Source: Lama glama (Eukaryota). From it: a DNA stretch of 64,000 nt. The DNA is taken from positions 19,096,001 through 19,160,000 of the forward strand of contig CM052833.1 of assembly GCA_028534125.1 (NCBI GenBank), given 5' to 3'. Both the position numbers and the translations under genes were made by a program. Positions 1 through 12,897 of this stretch are shown piece by piece; positions within the stretch are counted from its first letter, which is position 1, and each line of letters starts with the position of its first letter. The notes under the pieces are model-generated. The model was not told the DNA's origin. It searched no databases and saw only the letters and a program-made list of their open reading frames with translations.

Positions 1-1020
1 GGCCACCGCTCCGCAGCCTGAGCCTCTGTGGGACCCAGTATGCATTCTCACCCTGTTCTTATCGGGTCCTCCTCACAGCCAGCTCAAGTTTCAGATGCTG
101 CAGTGAGGTGGAGAGCAAAGCCAGGTTCTAACTGCGAAGGCTCATGTGGAGAATCCTTGATGCCCCGTCTGCCAGGTCACCAGGGAAGGGACCGAGCGTC
201 GGCTTAGCAGAACGTGGGCGCCGGCTCATCGTGTTGTGTAACTGGGGAGGCTGGTATAACCAGGGCAGAGGTGCGGGGGCCAGGGGCCAGGTTTGCTGCT
301 GCGTGGGTTCAGGCTGGGACTTACTCGGTCGGGCTCCCTGGCTCTGGTGGGTCCCGCGTCAGAGACCACCGACCGGCTCAGTCCCCTGCAGCTGCCCCAC
401 TGGAAACAGGCTGGGTGGTAGCCCTGGAGAGGAGCCAGGTTGAGTGGGGACTGCTGTCCCTCCAGCCAGTGCCCCCTCACCGCCTCCAGCTGCAGCTTGT
501 CGCCTGGGCTGTGAAGTTCAGAGATAGTTCTGATTAACCAGGTGACATTGAGAAACCACTCTGAGCCTCACTTTCTCATCTGAGACTTGGGGTCACACTT
601 CCATGTACGCCTGAGTTGGAGTCAGCTGATGCCGTGAGGAGCCGACACGTCACGGCCAGGGCAGCTGCTCAGATGCCCCCGTCACCAGGCACTAACGTGA
701 CGCCCGCTGGATGTGCTTCAGACCAAATTCTTGCTGACGCTGTAGGTAAAAGTGTACTGGTACCAACTCCAAACGGTAAGGCTGGGGCGGGGGCCTTTCC
801 CCCGCCCCAGCCTTCCTCAGATGCCAGCAGGGTGTCCGTCCAAGAACTCAGCTCAATTCGGACACCATCTGCCCAGAGACAGCATCAGATTAAGGACTCA
901 GCCCCACCAGACTGTCCCCTCCCCACCCACTGCACCTCAGACACCAGTCCCAAGTCCAGGTTGGTGCCTTTGTTCATAAGGAATTCCAGTCTGATTGGGA
1001 AAATGAAGCGTAGATAACTC

Positions 1021-1126
1021 TGTGTGGGGGGGGTGTGTGTAATATGTGTATATATACACATGCGTGTGTGTGGGTGTGCCTAGTGTGCACACACACTAAG
1101 TATATACACGTGTGTGACACGCATGT
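1021..1126. repeat. Degenerate TG/CA/TA simple repeat with internal palindromes
   Basis: Alternating purine-pyrimidine tract. Confidence 0.7.
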
Positions 1127-2090
1127 AAGTATCCTTAGTGTGTGGCCCCCAGACCACGCTGAAGAGGCAAAGACCACGTGCCTGCGCCGAACCCTGGCTC
1201 TGAGCCCTGGGGCTGCTCTCTCGTCTGTGTCTCCTTGTCTGCAAATTGAGGAAACCAGGGTTTTCTGAGGATTGAGTGAGGTGATATTTGTAAGGCAGAA
1301 TATGTTTGCTAAGTCACTGTGGACGTAAGGAGCTTCTTGGCTGTTTCTCGTTTGGCCCTCATTTACTGCTTCTCCCTGGTTGCGAGGTAACAAACACTTC
1401 CCGGTGTGAGATTTTTCCCTCAGAAAGTCAAGTCTTGACTTGGCTTCGCTGTCATGGCTCTTTTCCTGTGTTAGTTCTCTTTTATGGTGAGTTTCTGAGT
1501 TGCTTCTCTGATAAACGCGGAACTCACTCCAAAGTGCCAAGTGACTGAGCGCTTGTTCTCGCAGCGTCCGTGGTGGCGATGTTCGGCTGTTCCTTGCGTA
1601 TCCTGAGCTCCCAAAGCGGGCTGACGCTCTAGTGCCAGTGTCTGGCGTTTACAGTCCCGTCTTAGCCTTTCTGTGCACGTGTAACTATGTGTGTCTGTGC
1701 CTGTTTCTGTATCTCTGTTCAGCTACCCCACGGCCTCAAGAAATCTTCTTAGGTTTCCAGCCCTAAAGCCCACGTTTGCAGAATACAGCTCTCATCAGCT
1801 TATTGACTTTGATGCCCGGACCATTCCTTCTCAAATGGTCACTGCAAGGACGTCGAGTGTTCTGGTGAAACAGGTGCAGTAGTGGTTGTGCTTTAAATTT
1901 TCTGTGTAATTCGTCTGTTTCTTGGAGATCACGTACATGGTTTTTAACAGTCCTCAGCCACTGGATTTCTTTCTTTTAGGTGCAAACATGAACGTTCTGT
2001 CATTTATGTGCCCCTCAAACCTCTCCTTGAAAACTTTTTTTTTTCTTTAAGGAACGTCAAAGATGTTTTACTCCTCTGCTCCGTTTCCAG

Positions 2091-2235
2091 GCCCCTGACA
2101 TTCATGGGGTCGCAGACGAAGAAGGTCCTGCTGGCTCCCCTGAAGCATCCCGCTCGCCCCTTCCGGGTGTCCAGCCACGACCGCAGCAGCCGGCGCGGGC
2201 TGATGGCAGGCAGCCTGGGCGAGCTCCTCAGCAAG
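2091..2235 (+). CDS. CIDEA: CIDEA exon 2 (145 bp)
   Basis: ttccag|G CCC CTG ACA ... AGC AAG|gtagcg; encodes PLTFMGSQTKKVLLAPLKHPARPFRVSSHDRSSRRGLMAGSLGELLSK. Confidence 0.95.
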
Positions 2236-3669
2236 GTAGCGCCCGCGGCGCGGCCCGCGGCTCCCTGGGCCCCGGGGACAAGCCGGTGCAGGAAGTGTCT
2301 GTCTTGGTTTCAGAAGGTTGGAGGGAGCCTTCTTCTTTGCTTTTAAGTATTTGGGTTGAAATATTTATTTTTGATAGATGGGGTATCAATATCAAAACCC
2401 CAAACCGCAAAAATTTAGGAAAATCTGTGAGAAAATTAAACATATATCGTAACGTCATTTTAAAATTTTCATTCGGTCAAAAAGTGATTGAATACCTAGC
2501 ACACAGAGAGTGTTTATTTTGTAACGTGTACATACAGCATTTATAGTTGTAATTATTATTGAAAAATAGACAAACGGGTTGGAGGTGCCTTCTAAGGGGC
2601 TAAAGGGAAGGTGTAAAGAATCAAAGTGAACAGTGCTGTGTCCCTGTGTCGTACAAGATTCACGTATTGAGACCAAAACCTAACGTAGCTTCATTTCCTT
2701 GATGAGGGAGAGTACTAGGGGCGGCAGACTTCAGAAATCTGGTTTTGGTTATAAAGATGAGGAAAGAAGAGTCCTTCGTCTGAAAGTGTCCTTGGGCACC
2801 AAGCAGGGACGAACCATCGGCTCCCACAGAGACCAGAAGTGAGTGCCCGGCACGCAGTCTCTGAACAGAGACCTTTAAGCACGCCACCCGACATGTGGGC
2901 TCTTTAAGTCCCACGTGTACAGGGGCGTTTTCTGTTTGTCCAGATAAGCAGGTAATTTTCAAACCTGTGACTGTTATCCCGTGTCATCACTTAGCCTCTG
3001 AGGAACACACGTCTGTGACGGTTTTCAGCTTCTTTTTCCAAGCAGAGACTGAGTCCCAGGACATTGTGCCATTAAAATGTTCTCAGAATCAGCCAACACT
3101 TCTGAAACCATCACTTAGTCAGTCAGGCCTCTTGACTGGTCCCAGTGGAGTCTCCCTTCACTCTGTGACTCCGCCTGGTCCAACCTAGACCCTGGACGCC
3201 CTGATGATCACCAGCAGACTGGTCACTCTGGTGCTGGAGGAAGACGGCACAGTGGTGGACACAGAGGAGTTCTTCCAGACGCTGGGGGACAACACGCACT
3301 TCATGGCCTTGGAGAAAGGACAGAAGTGGACGCCGGTAAGTGCTGTCACCCGACAGCTCCTGGGCAGGCTTCTCACCTGCAGACGTGCGGTCCCCACCTC
3401 GGTGTCAACCGGCCGGCTTTCTAAACTTTTCCTTTGTGTTCACTTCATAACTGGACCCACTGTCCTCAAAGGGAGTCTTTTAAGCTTTTCTAGGAAACCT
3501 AGCATCTTTGTGAACTTGGGCTATATGATTTAAGGCCAGTAATTCTGAGGGACAGGCTTTGGCCAGTGAGTAACTACAGATCCTTAGAACATGCGGTCAT
3601 GACCCGGTGACCACTCACTGTGACCCCGAGAGGCGGCAAGCTAACATAGCTGGTGAAATTAGCAGGGGA

Positions 3670-3723
<54 letters not shown>

Positions 3724-6700
3724 AGTATTTAGAAAAGCAAGAGATAGAATAAAGGGTTTTACTTCTGACAAAACGTTAGATTATGTATCTTGGGAAACAC
3801 TCCCACCATAACACACCTAAAAATGTAAAGCAAAACATTAAAACATCTTGTTTTTTTTTTAATGGAGAGACTGGGGATTGAACCCAGGACCTCATACATG
3901 CTAAGCATGTGCTCTACCCCTGAGCTATTACCCTCCTCCCCTAAAACATGTTTTTATGTGCCTCACTGGCCTTCAAAACCAGGAGATCCTCAGCGGCCAA
4001 GGTTTTTAAGGGAACCAGAATCCAGAGAGGAAAGCGAACGCTGAGGCGGGGGCTCCCCCGGCCCAGGGCCACAGGGCTCCAGCTCTGCCCTCACAGACTC
4101 TCGTGGAGGAAGTGTCAGTGGAGGTTCCCTCGCTGGGTTCCCGGCACCCAGCCGGCCCCGCCCTCCAGCCGCAGGGACCATGGCCTCCCCCCAGAACCTG
4201 GGGACGCGCTACTTTACATGGCAAAGGGGACTCGGCAGATGTGATTACGGGAAGGATCTCGACATGGGGTGATGGTCCTGGATTATCCGTGGGCCAGTGT
4301 CACCACAGCGTCCTGTAAGAGGGACATGGGAGGGTCAGCGTGGGGGCAGGAGGCGGACGAGGAGGAGTGATGAGGGGACGGGCCACGGGCCACGGCATGC
4401 AGGAGCAGGGCCGGCAGTCCCAGCAGGACAGCCCGTGGTGTCTCAGGGTGCCTGACCTGCAGAACCGAGCCGTCTGAGCATAAATCTGCGCTGTCTTTAA
4501 GGCACTCAGCTGGTGGCCACGTGTCTCAGCAGACCCAGGAAACTGGTGGGGCTGGTATTTTGTTTGCTTTGTGAATGAGACGCTCGTTTACTCCCTGGGG
4601 GAGACAGTTCCCGCATAACAGGTTGAAGCCCTCGCGTGGCAGGTGCAGGGCTGGGGCACAGGGTGACGGCAGGATGCTGGGGACGAGATGTGAGGGTCCC
4701 GGGGGCGTGAGGCCCCTCGGTCTGGGACAGCCTGGCTGACGTGAGTCTCACCCGGGGTCGGTCCTTCAGGGTGGGGACGGGCTCCTCGCAGGGAGGGAAG
4801 GTGCTGCCCCCCGGGAGGGGTTCCTCTCAGCGAGGCCACTGTGGTTTGACCTGGACGAGGACTTCTGAGAAGCAGCCGCCAGGGGGCTCCCTGCTTCCAC
4901 GCAAACACCTTAGAGAACAGATCCCTGGGAGGCAGGGGTGGGGTTTGGTGGGGATGATGGAAGCCACACCCCATTAGGTCTCCACCTTGGGGAGGTCATC
5001 TTGACGTTGACGTAAGACCAAGACTTGAGGGGGAGGCTGGGGGAGCGACGTGAAAACTCAGCGTCAGAGAGCTGGGCGGGATCCCAGATGGAGCCCCCGC
5101 ACCCCAACTCTGTCGTCTTAACTTTTAACATTTTCTGAAGGATGGGCAGCCCCCTCCCCTCCCCATCGCGCATGGGAGTTGATGGGCTGAAACCAGGGTC
5201 TCTGGTCGTGTCCACGGAGGGGGGTATCTGGCAGGGAGGGTTTGGGTGCTTTGAGGGGGATGTGCGGTTTAACTTCAAATTTAGTAGATTTTTGCCAGTG
5301 AATTTAACGTTCAGCTACTCCCGACTCCTAAGGTTCACGATAGCTGTGCCTCCGTGTGAATCCTGGACCCTGCAGGCCTGCGTGCGCGGCAAACCCCACG
5401 GACGTGTGCCCAGCACATGTGTCCTGGGACGGCTTTCCCTGCCCTGTTTCTTCAGGGCTTTTGTGGGGAAGATTGTTTATAAACCCAGGATTTACAGGGG
5501 TCTCTGCCCTCTCCCGATGTCTCGGGTAGACGGAGAGTGGGTCCCACGAGTGTCCCCAGGAAGTTGGCGTCCCTCCAGGGCAGGTCCTCCAGCGGAGGAT
5601 GCAGGGCAGCTCCCACACTGGCCTTCGCTCCCGCCGAGGGGTCTGACCCGCCCGCCGGCAGAGTCCCTGTGCCGCGGGACAGCGCTGACCACCGGTCTCC
5701 AGGCAGACGGTGTCACAGCTGCGGGCGGCCCGTCCACGTCCGCCAGATGGCCCTGGGTGACCCTGGTGAGTGCGTCTCCACCACAGGTCACTGGCACAAC
5801 CGTCCACCGATCCCTGCACCCTGAAACCCAGGCCCAAGGCCAGGTCTCCTGCATCTCCTGCATGAGACAAGGCAGCTTAGGGGGTTGGCCCCACGGCAGT
5901 CTGAGCACACTGGTCTGTGACATTCCTCAGATAATTAGCGGCTTAGTCATGAACTGATTTTAAGCTGACAGGAGAGTGGAGACCAGCCTAAACCCAGAAT
6001 CACAGGGTTCGCAGGTCACAGCTGGGTTGGTGCCTAAGCCTCCCTCCCTCCACGGCCCTAGGGTGGGAACTGTGTCCCAGCCCGCCAGCCGCCGAGGAGA
6101 TCGGGGATAGTGAGGGTCACCTTGGACTTGTACAAGCTGAACCCCAGGGACGTCATCGGCTGCCTCAACGTGAAAGCCACCATGTACGGGATGTACTCCG
6201 TGTCCTACGACATCCGGTGCATGGGGCTCAAGGCCCTGCTGAGGTAACGGTCGTCGGGTCCTGGGGGGCCGGGAAGTGGGGGGCGGCTCCCCTGCACCCA
6301 GAGCCCGGCCCTCACGTTGTCCTAAAAGTTCTTATGCCACAGACTTATTCGGAAGACAGTCTTGAGTTCACAATTTGTTTTCCCCCAAGACCATAAAATA
6401 CTAAATAGAAAGAAAAACTAGTAAGTAGAGAGTGAGGACCCGAGTTCGAGCCACGGTTTCCGTCTGGAACAGCAGAGGCCGCATCAGCCCTGGGACTGAG
6501 ACGCCACAACGGGGTCAAGCCGGGGTGTCGCACCCGCGCTCAGAGCCCCGGGTCGTGGGGTCACGACCGCAGGACTGCTAGGACTCCTTCAGCCTGGGGC
6601 CCCTTTCAGGCTGGACTTGACCGATTTCGGCACCGAACCCCACACATCGACAAGGCTGCCAGAGTGAGCAGACAGACCCCCGGGCGTTCCAGTGACTCAG

Positions 6701-7084
6701 GGACAAACCTCGACTGGAGGAGGCCAGCGGAGGGTGGTCCCAGGCCCGGGGCAGCGGGAGCAGCTGGCAACAGAGTCCAGGCCCCACTCAACCCCGGGAA
6801 CCAGCGCAGCACCTCAGCGAGCCCCCGGGGCTGCGGGTCCTGAGAGCCCAGCTTCCCGAACTCGGAAGTACGGGGACGTGGGCATGTGCTGGAGGTGGGG
6901 TGAGGACCCCCGACGACCCTCGCCCCTCTCTTGCAGGAGCCTGCTGCGGGTCCTGTCTCACGCCGCCCAGGTGACTGGCCAGTTTCTTGTCTATGCGGGC
7001 ACATACATGCTCCAGGTGCTGGCCAACACGGAAGAGCAGGTGGTGGCTGGCTCGCGCTGTAGGCAGGGGGTCACAAGCGGATAG
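2091..7084 (+). CDS. CIDEA: CIDEA (lipid-droplet protein), partial gene: coding exons 2-5 at 2091-2235, 3189-3335, 6062-6243, 6937-7084; exon 1 is upstream of the window
   Basis: The spliced translation RPLTFMGSQTKKVLL..ARPFRVSSHDRSSRRGL..TLVLEEDGTVVDTEEFFQTLGDNTHFM..GCLNVKATMY.MYSVSYDIRC..AQVTGQFLVY matches the CIDE-N and CIDE-C domains. All introns are GT-AG and exon phases are consistent. Confidence 0.96.
3189..3335 (+). CDS. CIDEA: CIDEA exon 3 (147 bp)
   Basis: cctag|ACC CTG GAC ... ACG CCG|gtaagt; encodes TLDALMITSRLVTLVLEEDGTVVDTEEFFQTLGDNTHFMALEKGQKWTP (CIDE-N EDGT motif). Confidence 0.96.
3671..3718. repeat. (TG)24 microsatellite in CIDEA intron 3
   Basis: Perfect TG run. Confidence 0.97.
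3850..3941 (-). mobile_element. tRNA-derived SINE, short form (camelid Vic-1-like)
   Basis: Reverse complement shows an A box (TAGCTCAGGGGTAGAGC), a B box (GGTTCAATCCC) and a poly(A) tail; TSD TAAAACAT at 3839-3846 and 3942-3949. Confidence 0.85.
4130..4545 (+). mobile_element. MaLR (MLT1-like) LTR remnant
   Basis: tacatggcaaaggggactcggcagatgtgatta..tcctggattatcc..ataaatctgcgctgtctttaaggcact..aggaaact resembles the MLT1 consensus; boundaries approximate. Confidence 0.65.
6062..6243 (+). CDS. CIDEA: CIDEA exon 4 (182 bp)
   Basis: ccctag|GGT GGG AAC ... CTG CTG AG|gtaacg; encodes GGNCVPARQPPRRSGIVRVTLDLYKLNPRDVIGCLNVKATMYGMYSVSYDIRCMGLKALL(R). Not present in the ORF track; read manually. Confidence 0.95.
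6937..7084 (+). CDS. CIDEA: CIDEA exon 5, coding part (148 bp to TAG)
   Basis: ttgcag|G AGC CTG CTG...; encodes SLLRVLSHAAQVTGQFLVYAGTYMLQVLANTEEQVVAGSRCRQGVTSG*. Confidence 0.94.
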
Positions 7085-7284
7085 GGCAGCCCAGCCAGGG
7101 GCTTGGCCAGCCCTTACCCAACCCATCCGTCTCCAGTGACGAACCCAGAAGACACCGTGTTCACACCACTGCACGTGTGGGCTGCGGGCACTGCTGCTCA
7201 GGAAGCAAAGGGCCTTGGCCGCACCTGGATGCGGGGAGGGGCAGGCGGGGGCGGGGCACGGCCTTGCGGCTGCTGGCCTCCAGC

Positions 7285-7290
7285 AATAAA
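7285..7290 (+). terminator. Probable CIDEA polyadenylation signal AATAAA
   Basis: First AATAAA after the CIDEA stop codon, about 200 bp downstream. Confidence 0.7.
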
Positions 7291-8844
7291 CCAGTGGCAA
7301 GAGTTACCTGATCCAGAATGCCTGGCGGGCGGGAGTCCCGTACCGTGGGGCGGGACCCCAGGCTGCGAATGATGCCGGGAGGGCGCGGGGCTGTGGGCAG
7401 GCGCCGTGGGACTGGGACCCATCTCTCGGTCCTGCTCCCCTCTGAGAGGCACTGTCTTCGGGGAGGCCTCCTCCCCAAGAAGCAGATGTCAGCCCAGCCC
7501 CAGCGGGAAGTCCCGGGGCTGCGGATGCCCCATGGTGCCCACACAAAGTAACGGTGGCCACAAGACGGGCAGGGAGAGTAAGCACCAACCATGCGGCCTG
7601 GGTGGAGGCAGCTCCCCACAAGGAAATGGGGATGCTGACGCTAGACTAGGGGCACAATGTGTGCTTTTCCTACAAAGAGACACTGCCCAGGAGGCCTGCC
7701 GCTTCCCGCTGCATCCGGGCCAACAGCGCAGGACACGGGAAGACCCCTCAGGTGGTCCCAGAAGCCCAAAGCGCCTGCGTGGTTCCTGCCTCTGCAGTCA
7801 TTAGTCCCCGGGCCCTGCTCATCCTATCCTGCCCATGACCGACCACAGCCCGGGGCCCCTTCTGGCCTGACCCCCACTCTGCCCTTCAACGGGGAGCTGC
7901 GGGGCGGGAGCCGAGGCCACAGGCAGGAGGGCAAAAGCAGAGGGTTTGCAGCCACAGCCCCCAGAACACAGCCTCTCCTGCAAACACAGCAAAACAGGCA
8001 TCGGAGAATGCCCCCTCGCCCGCCTCTCTGCTCTGCGGGAGGTTCACAGAGCCGGTGACGGCAGCCCCGCAGGGGCCTCCTGTGTAAACGTTTCCCATAC
8101 AAGGAGCTGCTCCCGGGCGGGCCAGGGAGGGGGCGGAGGGAGAGTCCGGCTGCCCGCGGCAGGCGAGGCGGCTTCCCGGCACCTTTCTCTCGCTGACCGT
8201 GGGCTGCGTCACTTCCCAGGGACTCGGGAGTCCTGGAAAGTGACTGCCTGGCTTCCAAAAAAGGCATTTTCACCGAAGTGCTGGAGCCCGTGGACTCAGC
8301 TGCAGCCCTGACTCAGCGCGTCGTCTGCCTACCAGACCCTGCTCACCAGGAGCTGGTCCCCAGAGGGTCCGCTCGGTGCCTGCGCCCCTTTCCAGGGCCC
8401 AGGGTCTCTCTGTGTTGCCCTCGGTGGGCTATTTACTGATCTCTAGAATCACAGTTCTGAAAAAAGGGGGCCGTCCCTGTAGCTCGGTGTCTGTGCCCCC
8501 ACGTCTGTGGGCACCCCCATGCTTCTTACCCCAGCAGAGGTGCACACAAGGTGGCCCCACACCCCTTGTCCACCGCGGACTCAGGGGACAGGCCTGGCGC
8601 AAACTAGGGGCCTTGGGTTGAAATATGTTCACAGCTATTACCTCCCGGCCAAAGACACAGACTCAGACTGTTAAAACCGCCCGGCTGGGGACAGCCTCCT
8701 GTCCTTCAGCTGTGAAACGGGGACTGAAACGGGCTGGCCCAGGAATTCAGAATTCCAGTCCCAGACGTCTGCTGCCCGGCTGCCCCAGGCCCATGTCAAG
8801 GGCATCTCTGAAGGCTTTGCTGGATAAGGATCCTCAAAGGAGAG

Positions 8845-8920
8845 AGTTCTCTCTCTGTCTCTGTCTGTCTGTCTCTCCCTCTCTCTTTCAGTCTCTGTCT
8901 CTAAGTCTCTGTCTCTCTCT
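8845..8920. repeat. Degenerate (CT)n/(CTGT)n simple repeat
   Basis: ctctctgtctctgtctgtctgtctctccctctctct... Confidence 0.75.
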
Positions 8921-11900
8921 CCCCGCCCCTCCCCACCATGGGGCAGCACCTTCCCACACAGGAATGAGGTGGGCACGCCAACTCCTGGGGACGACGGGGC
9001 CGCCTCCCTTCCCGCCCGAGGCCTGGGAGGCTGTGGCTGTCCCCAGGAGGCTGGGCCCTGCGTGCTCACTGCTGTCCTTCCCACTTGGGGCCCCGTGCCT
9101 CCTGCCCCAGCTGCAGTGTGATGGATAAATCGTGTGCAAAGACTTTGGATGCACTCCCTCTCCTTCCTGCCGCCCTCCTCTCTGGGGATGCAGGTTCCCT
9201 CTATGATGATCTTAGTTTCTACAAAGGCGCCGGACTTTGTCCCGGAGGTTCTCAGTCAGGTGGGCAGCAGGGATCCCGGCTCTATCTGCGTGTGTGTCCT
9301 CAGCAGAGCACTTGCTGCACCCCCTCCCCTGTGGCGGCGAGGCCCACAGCTGGCTGGAGCATCTGACTCGTCACCCAGACTCAGACAGAGCAGGCAGGGC
9401 TGGCCGCTGCTGCACAGAGATGGGAGGCGGCCAGGCACCCATCGCCCCGAGCTGCCGCGGTACGGCACCCGCGTCTCCTCCCTGTCCTCACACCACATTT
9501 CCAGCCTCCCCAGAACAGCACTTGGGGCCGGGCCGTGCATCCTCAGCTGTCCGGGTGTCTCCCACCTGCTGCGGGATTCCTTGGGCCTGTCGCTGCCAGC
9601 CAGGCCTGGTCGGGGACAGATGGCCACGTAAAAATAGTCGTGGGCCTCGAGGTGCCACCTCCCCAGCTGTTCTCTTGAGCAGGAGCCAGACGAGAGGGTG
9701 GAGATGGCGGCCTCGGCGAGGGCCCTGGGCAGAGGCTCCCGTCCAGCGAGGATGCATGGTGGGGGTGCGGGGGGCCTCACCGGCGAGAAACGGCTCGTGG
9801 CCCCCCAGCTCTCCCTGGAATGAACACCAGACAAAACGGTTCTCCCTGTTGATCAGTTTCCAACCAGTCCTACCTGGGCGGGAACAGGTCTGACGCACAT
9901 GCATCTCAACAGCCCCACAGCCCACGGCCTGCCTCCAGCTCAGGGAGCCGGGTCCGGGCAGCGGGGGGTTACGGTTTCTGTACACCCCGGAGATCTCCTG
10001 GCTGCACCTGGAGCCAGCAGTTACCCAGGGCACACCTGAGAACCAGGAGACGTGTTCTCACCACAATAAAATGAAGTTTAAACAGTTGAAGACGCTGGAG
10101 TCTCGGTGCGTGGCCCAGGGCGGTTTACCTGGCTTCCTGGCCTGGGAAGACCCGGAGGGCACCTGCCTCGGGTAGGGCGGTGGGTAACCGCAGTGGACCC
10201 GCTCACGCCTCCGGGAGTGCATGCGTGAGCCACGTGGCGGACGTCTGGGAGCCGCTCACGGGGTCATTAGCAGGAAAGCAGGATGAGCTGTGGGGATGGG
10301 CGGGAGAGATGCTTTCTGAATCCCGGGCCAGCTGGGGACTGAGGGTGCGGCCGCCGCAGCATTCCCGGGACAGCTGAGGCAGCTGCGCGGTGTGCTCGCC
10401 TGAACGGCATTTGATCTCCGAATGGCCAGGGTTTCCTGCGGAGAAACAGTAAGAATCTGCACCTACCGCATCCCAGGTGCCCTCAGAGCAAGCCTGTCAG
10501 CTGAGACGGCGCGGTCCGCCTCAGAGCCTCAGAGGAGGCAGGGCGGCTGGACGCCTCCCCTCCCGCCCTGCACGTCCCCGCCCTGCACAGAGCAGCCAGG
10601 CCGCAGACCAGATGGATACCCTGAGCTCAGCGGGACCAGCCGGAGCCACTAGGAAAGGACTCGGGCAAATACCTGGCTGATCATAATCAGTTGTGAGCTC
10701 TTCTCTTTTAAAAGCATCGCCTGAATTTATATTTAATTCTGAGCAAACTCTGGTGGAAGCCTTTTTGTTGAGGGAGGCATTATTAAATTTTAAAATAAAC
10801 ATTCTGGGTCCTCCTTGTAGAAGAGGAAAGTCCTTGGATGCTGCGAACTTGCCCTTTTCTATTTTTTTCTTTCACAGTCACTTACTAAGTGCAGTTGTGT
10901 GTGAATGCATGTGCTGAGGGCTGTGGGCAACACGCAGGTGGTCAGGTCTCCAAGCGGGGGAGTTTACAGTCTAGCCCAGGAGGCAAGCGTCCTCAATGCA
11001 GCGCACTGGACAAGGGCCTGGTGATGCGGTTGAGACAGACGGGGGTGTCAGGGGGCAGATGGAAGTTCAGCTCTGACACGCCGCTGTGACGTCCAGCCAG
11101 AATCTGGGACCAGAAAAAGGGCACATCAGATAACCCCAGCTGCAGGTGGGGGTAGCACAGATCAACTTAATTTAATCCAAGCCACAGGCTTAAGCAGCAA
11201 ACAAACCCTGAACATTCCCATCAGAGCTTTTAGTTGCAGAAGCACAGCTGTAAATGCCTTTCCCATCAGCTTCTGCTCGCACACCAGCCGGGGGCGGTAA
11301 GGAGGGCTGGAAAAAGCAGACCAGGTCCGAAGGCTCTAGAGACGCGCAGGGGAGGGGCAGGCAGGCTCCGAGTGCTGGGGGAGGTGAGGAGGTGGCCTGA
11401 GGGTCTCTTGCCGGAGCGGGGGTGGGGGAGTCCGTGAGATGGACCGAGCTAGGCCGGGGTCTGAGGTGCGAGCTGTCTTCCCTGTGCTCGGAGCTCTGCC
11501 TGCCCCCTCTGTGTCGTCTTCCCTTTCCCCTCCTGTCCACTAAAAGATGTAACTGTTTCTTCTGTCAACGAGGTCAACACTTGATTTTAAATAAAAGGCA
11601 GCTGAGTATGTATTTCTCCATCATACACACACACACAAATCTACCTTCCAAATCACATAACCACTTAGATCAGTTTCTCCTCTGCTTAGTGTAACCTAAT
11701 TTTTTCATAGCCCAGTGGTCTCAACCAAGCGAGCAAGGCTGTCTTCTAGCACCCGGGACGGAGAGGGGCGCTTATGGGGTCCCAGCCAAACTCCACAGGA
11801 GTTTATGGGGTGTGCAGTGCCTGCTGTGCCAGACCCCTTGGGAAGGGACTCTTGACAGACCCACACAACCTGCCCGGTGGCCTGTAAGGCTGCAGTTACA

Positions 11901-12464
11901 GACGCAGGTCCTGGGTGGCAGAGCCGAATTGAAGCCTCCCCCTCTGACCTCCAGGCTCCCCACCTTCCTTAGCAGGCGAGTTCTGTGCCCCAGTGTTCCC
12001 AGGAGAGGACACTGCAGGAGTCTTGGAGACGGGGCAGAGAACACTTTGCAAACGGAGCCGTGGGGACAGTCTCGTGCGAGGGCTGCTCTGGGCAGAGCCG
12101 ACGGGAGAGCCCCTCCCTCCTTCCCTTCCTCAGGCTGGCCTCCGAGAAGACTGGGGAGCAACAGGTCCAAGTGCCACTAAGTAATCGGCGGCGTCTGGGG
12201 TGGGAGTTCGTCCTTTGATACTTTTTAGTCTTTTAGAACTTCCCTGAAGCTCATCTATTTCTCTCCTACCAAAAAAGTTTACACTGCAGTAAAAAGCTCG
12301 GCACCTAGAACGCAGCATCGTGGCCGTTTTTAACCGTCCAGTTCAGTGACGTTAGGTTCATTCGCAGTGTTGCGTACAGACCTCCAGAGCTTTTCATCTC
12401 GTGAAACTCGCCCTTCAGTTTTTACTGGAAAAATAACACAAAGACTACTTTTAAAAATATAAAA

Positions 12465-12584
12465 TAACAACAGCCTGTAATGAAAAAGAATATGAAAAGG
12501 TATGTATGTATATAACTGAACCACTGTGCTGCACACCAGAAATTAACACAACATTGTAAACCAACTACACTTCAACTAAAAAAA
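12465..12584 (+). mobile_element. L1 3' end fragment (artiodactyl type)
   Basis: tataactgaaccactgtgctgcacaccagaaattaacacaacattgtaaaccaactacacttcaact followed by an A tail. Confidence 0.75.
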
Positions 12585-12764
12585 CCCTGCTGAAGGCCCG
12601 CCTCGCCCCCCACCCCTCTGCCGTGGCCCTGACGGGACCCTCCAGTCCAGCTCGCCGGGCAGCCCCACCCCACCCCACCCAGCTTGTGTCCCCTCCACAG
12701 TCCTGGCTGGCTGCTGTCTCTGCCCCCGTCCTGCACCTCTTGCCTCTTGTGTTCAAGATGAGGG

Positions 12765-12897
12765 GCCGGGGAGGGGGACGTATGGCCCAGTTGTAGAGCA
12801 TGTGCTTAGCACGCATGAGGCCCTGGGTTCAGTCCCCAGCATTAAATACAGAAACAAACCTAGTTACCCCCTCCCCACCCAAAACAAACAAACAAAG
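12765..12897 (+). mobile_element. tRNA-derived SINE, long form (Vic-1-like)
   Basis: tggcccagttgtagagcatgtgcttagc...ggttcagtccccagc, then an aaacctagttaccccctcccc extension and an (AAAC)n tail. Confidence 0.85.

Noticed and set aside
3850-3941. tRNA gene calls for the A/B-box elements (also 12765-12897 and 39800-39930)
   Set aside because: Poly(A)-type tails, TSD-like flanks and degraded stems indicate tRNA-derived SINEs.
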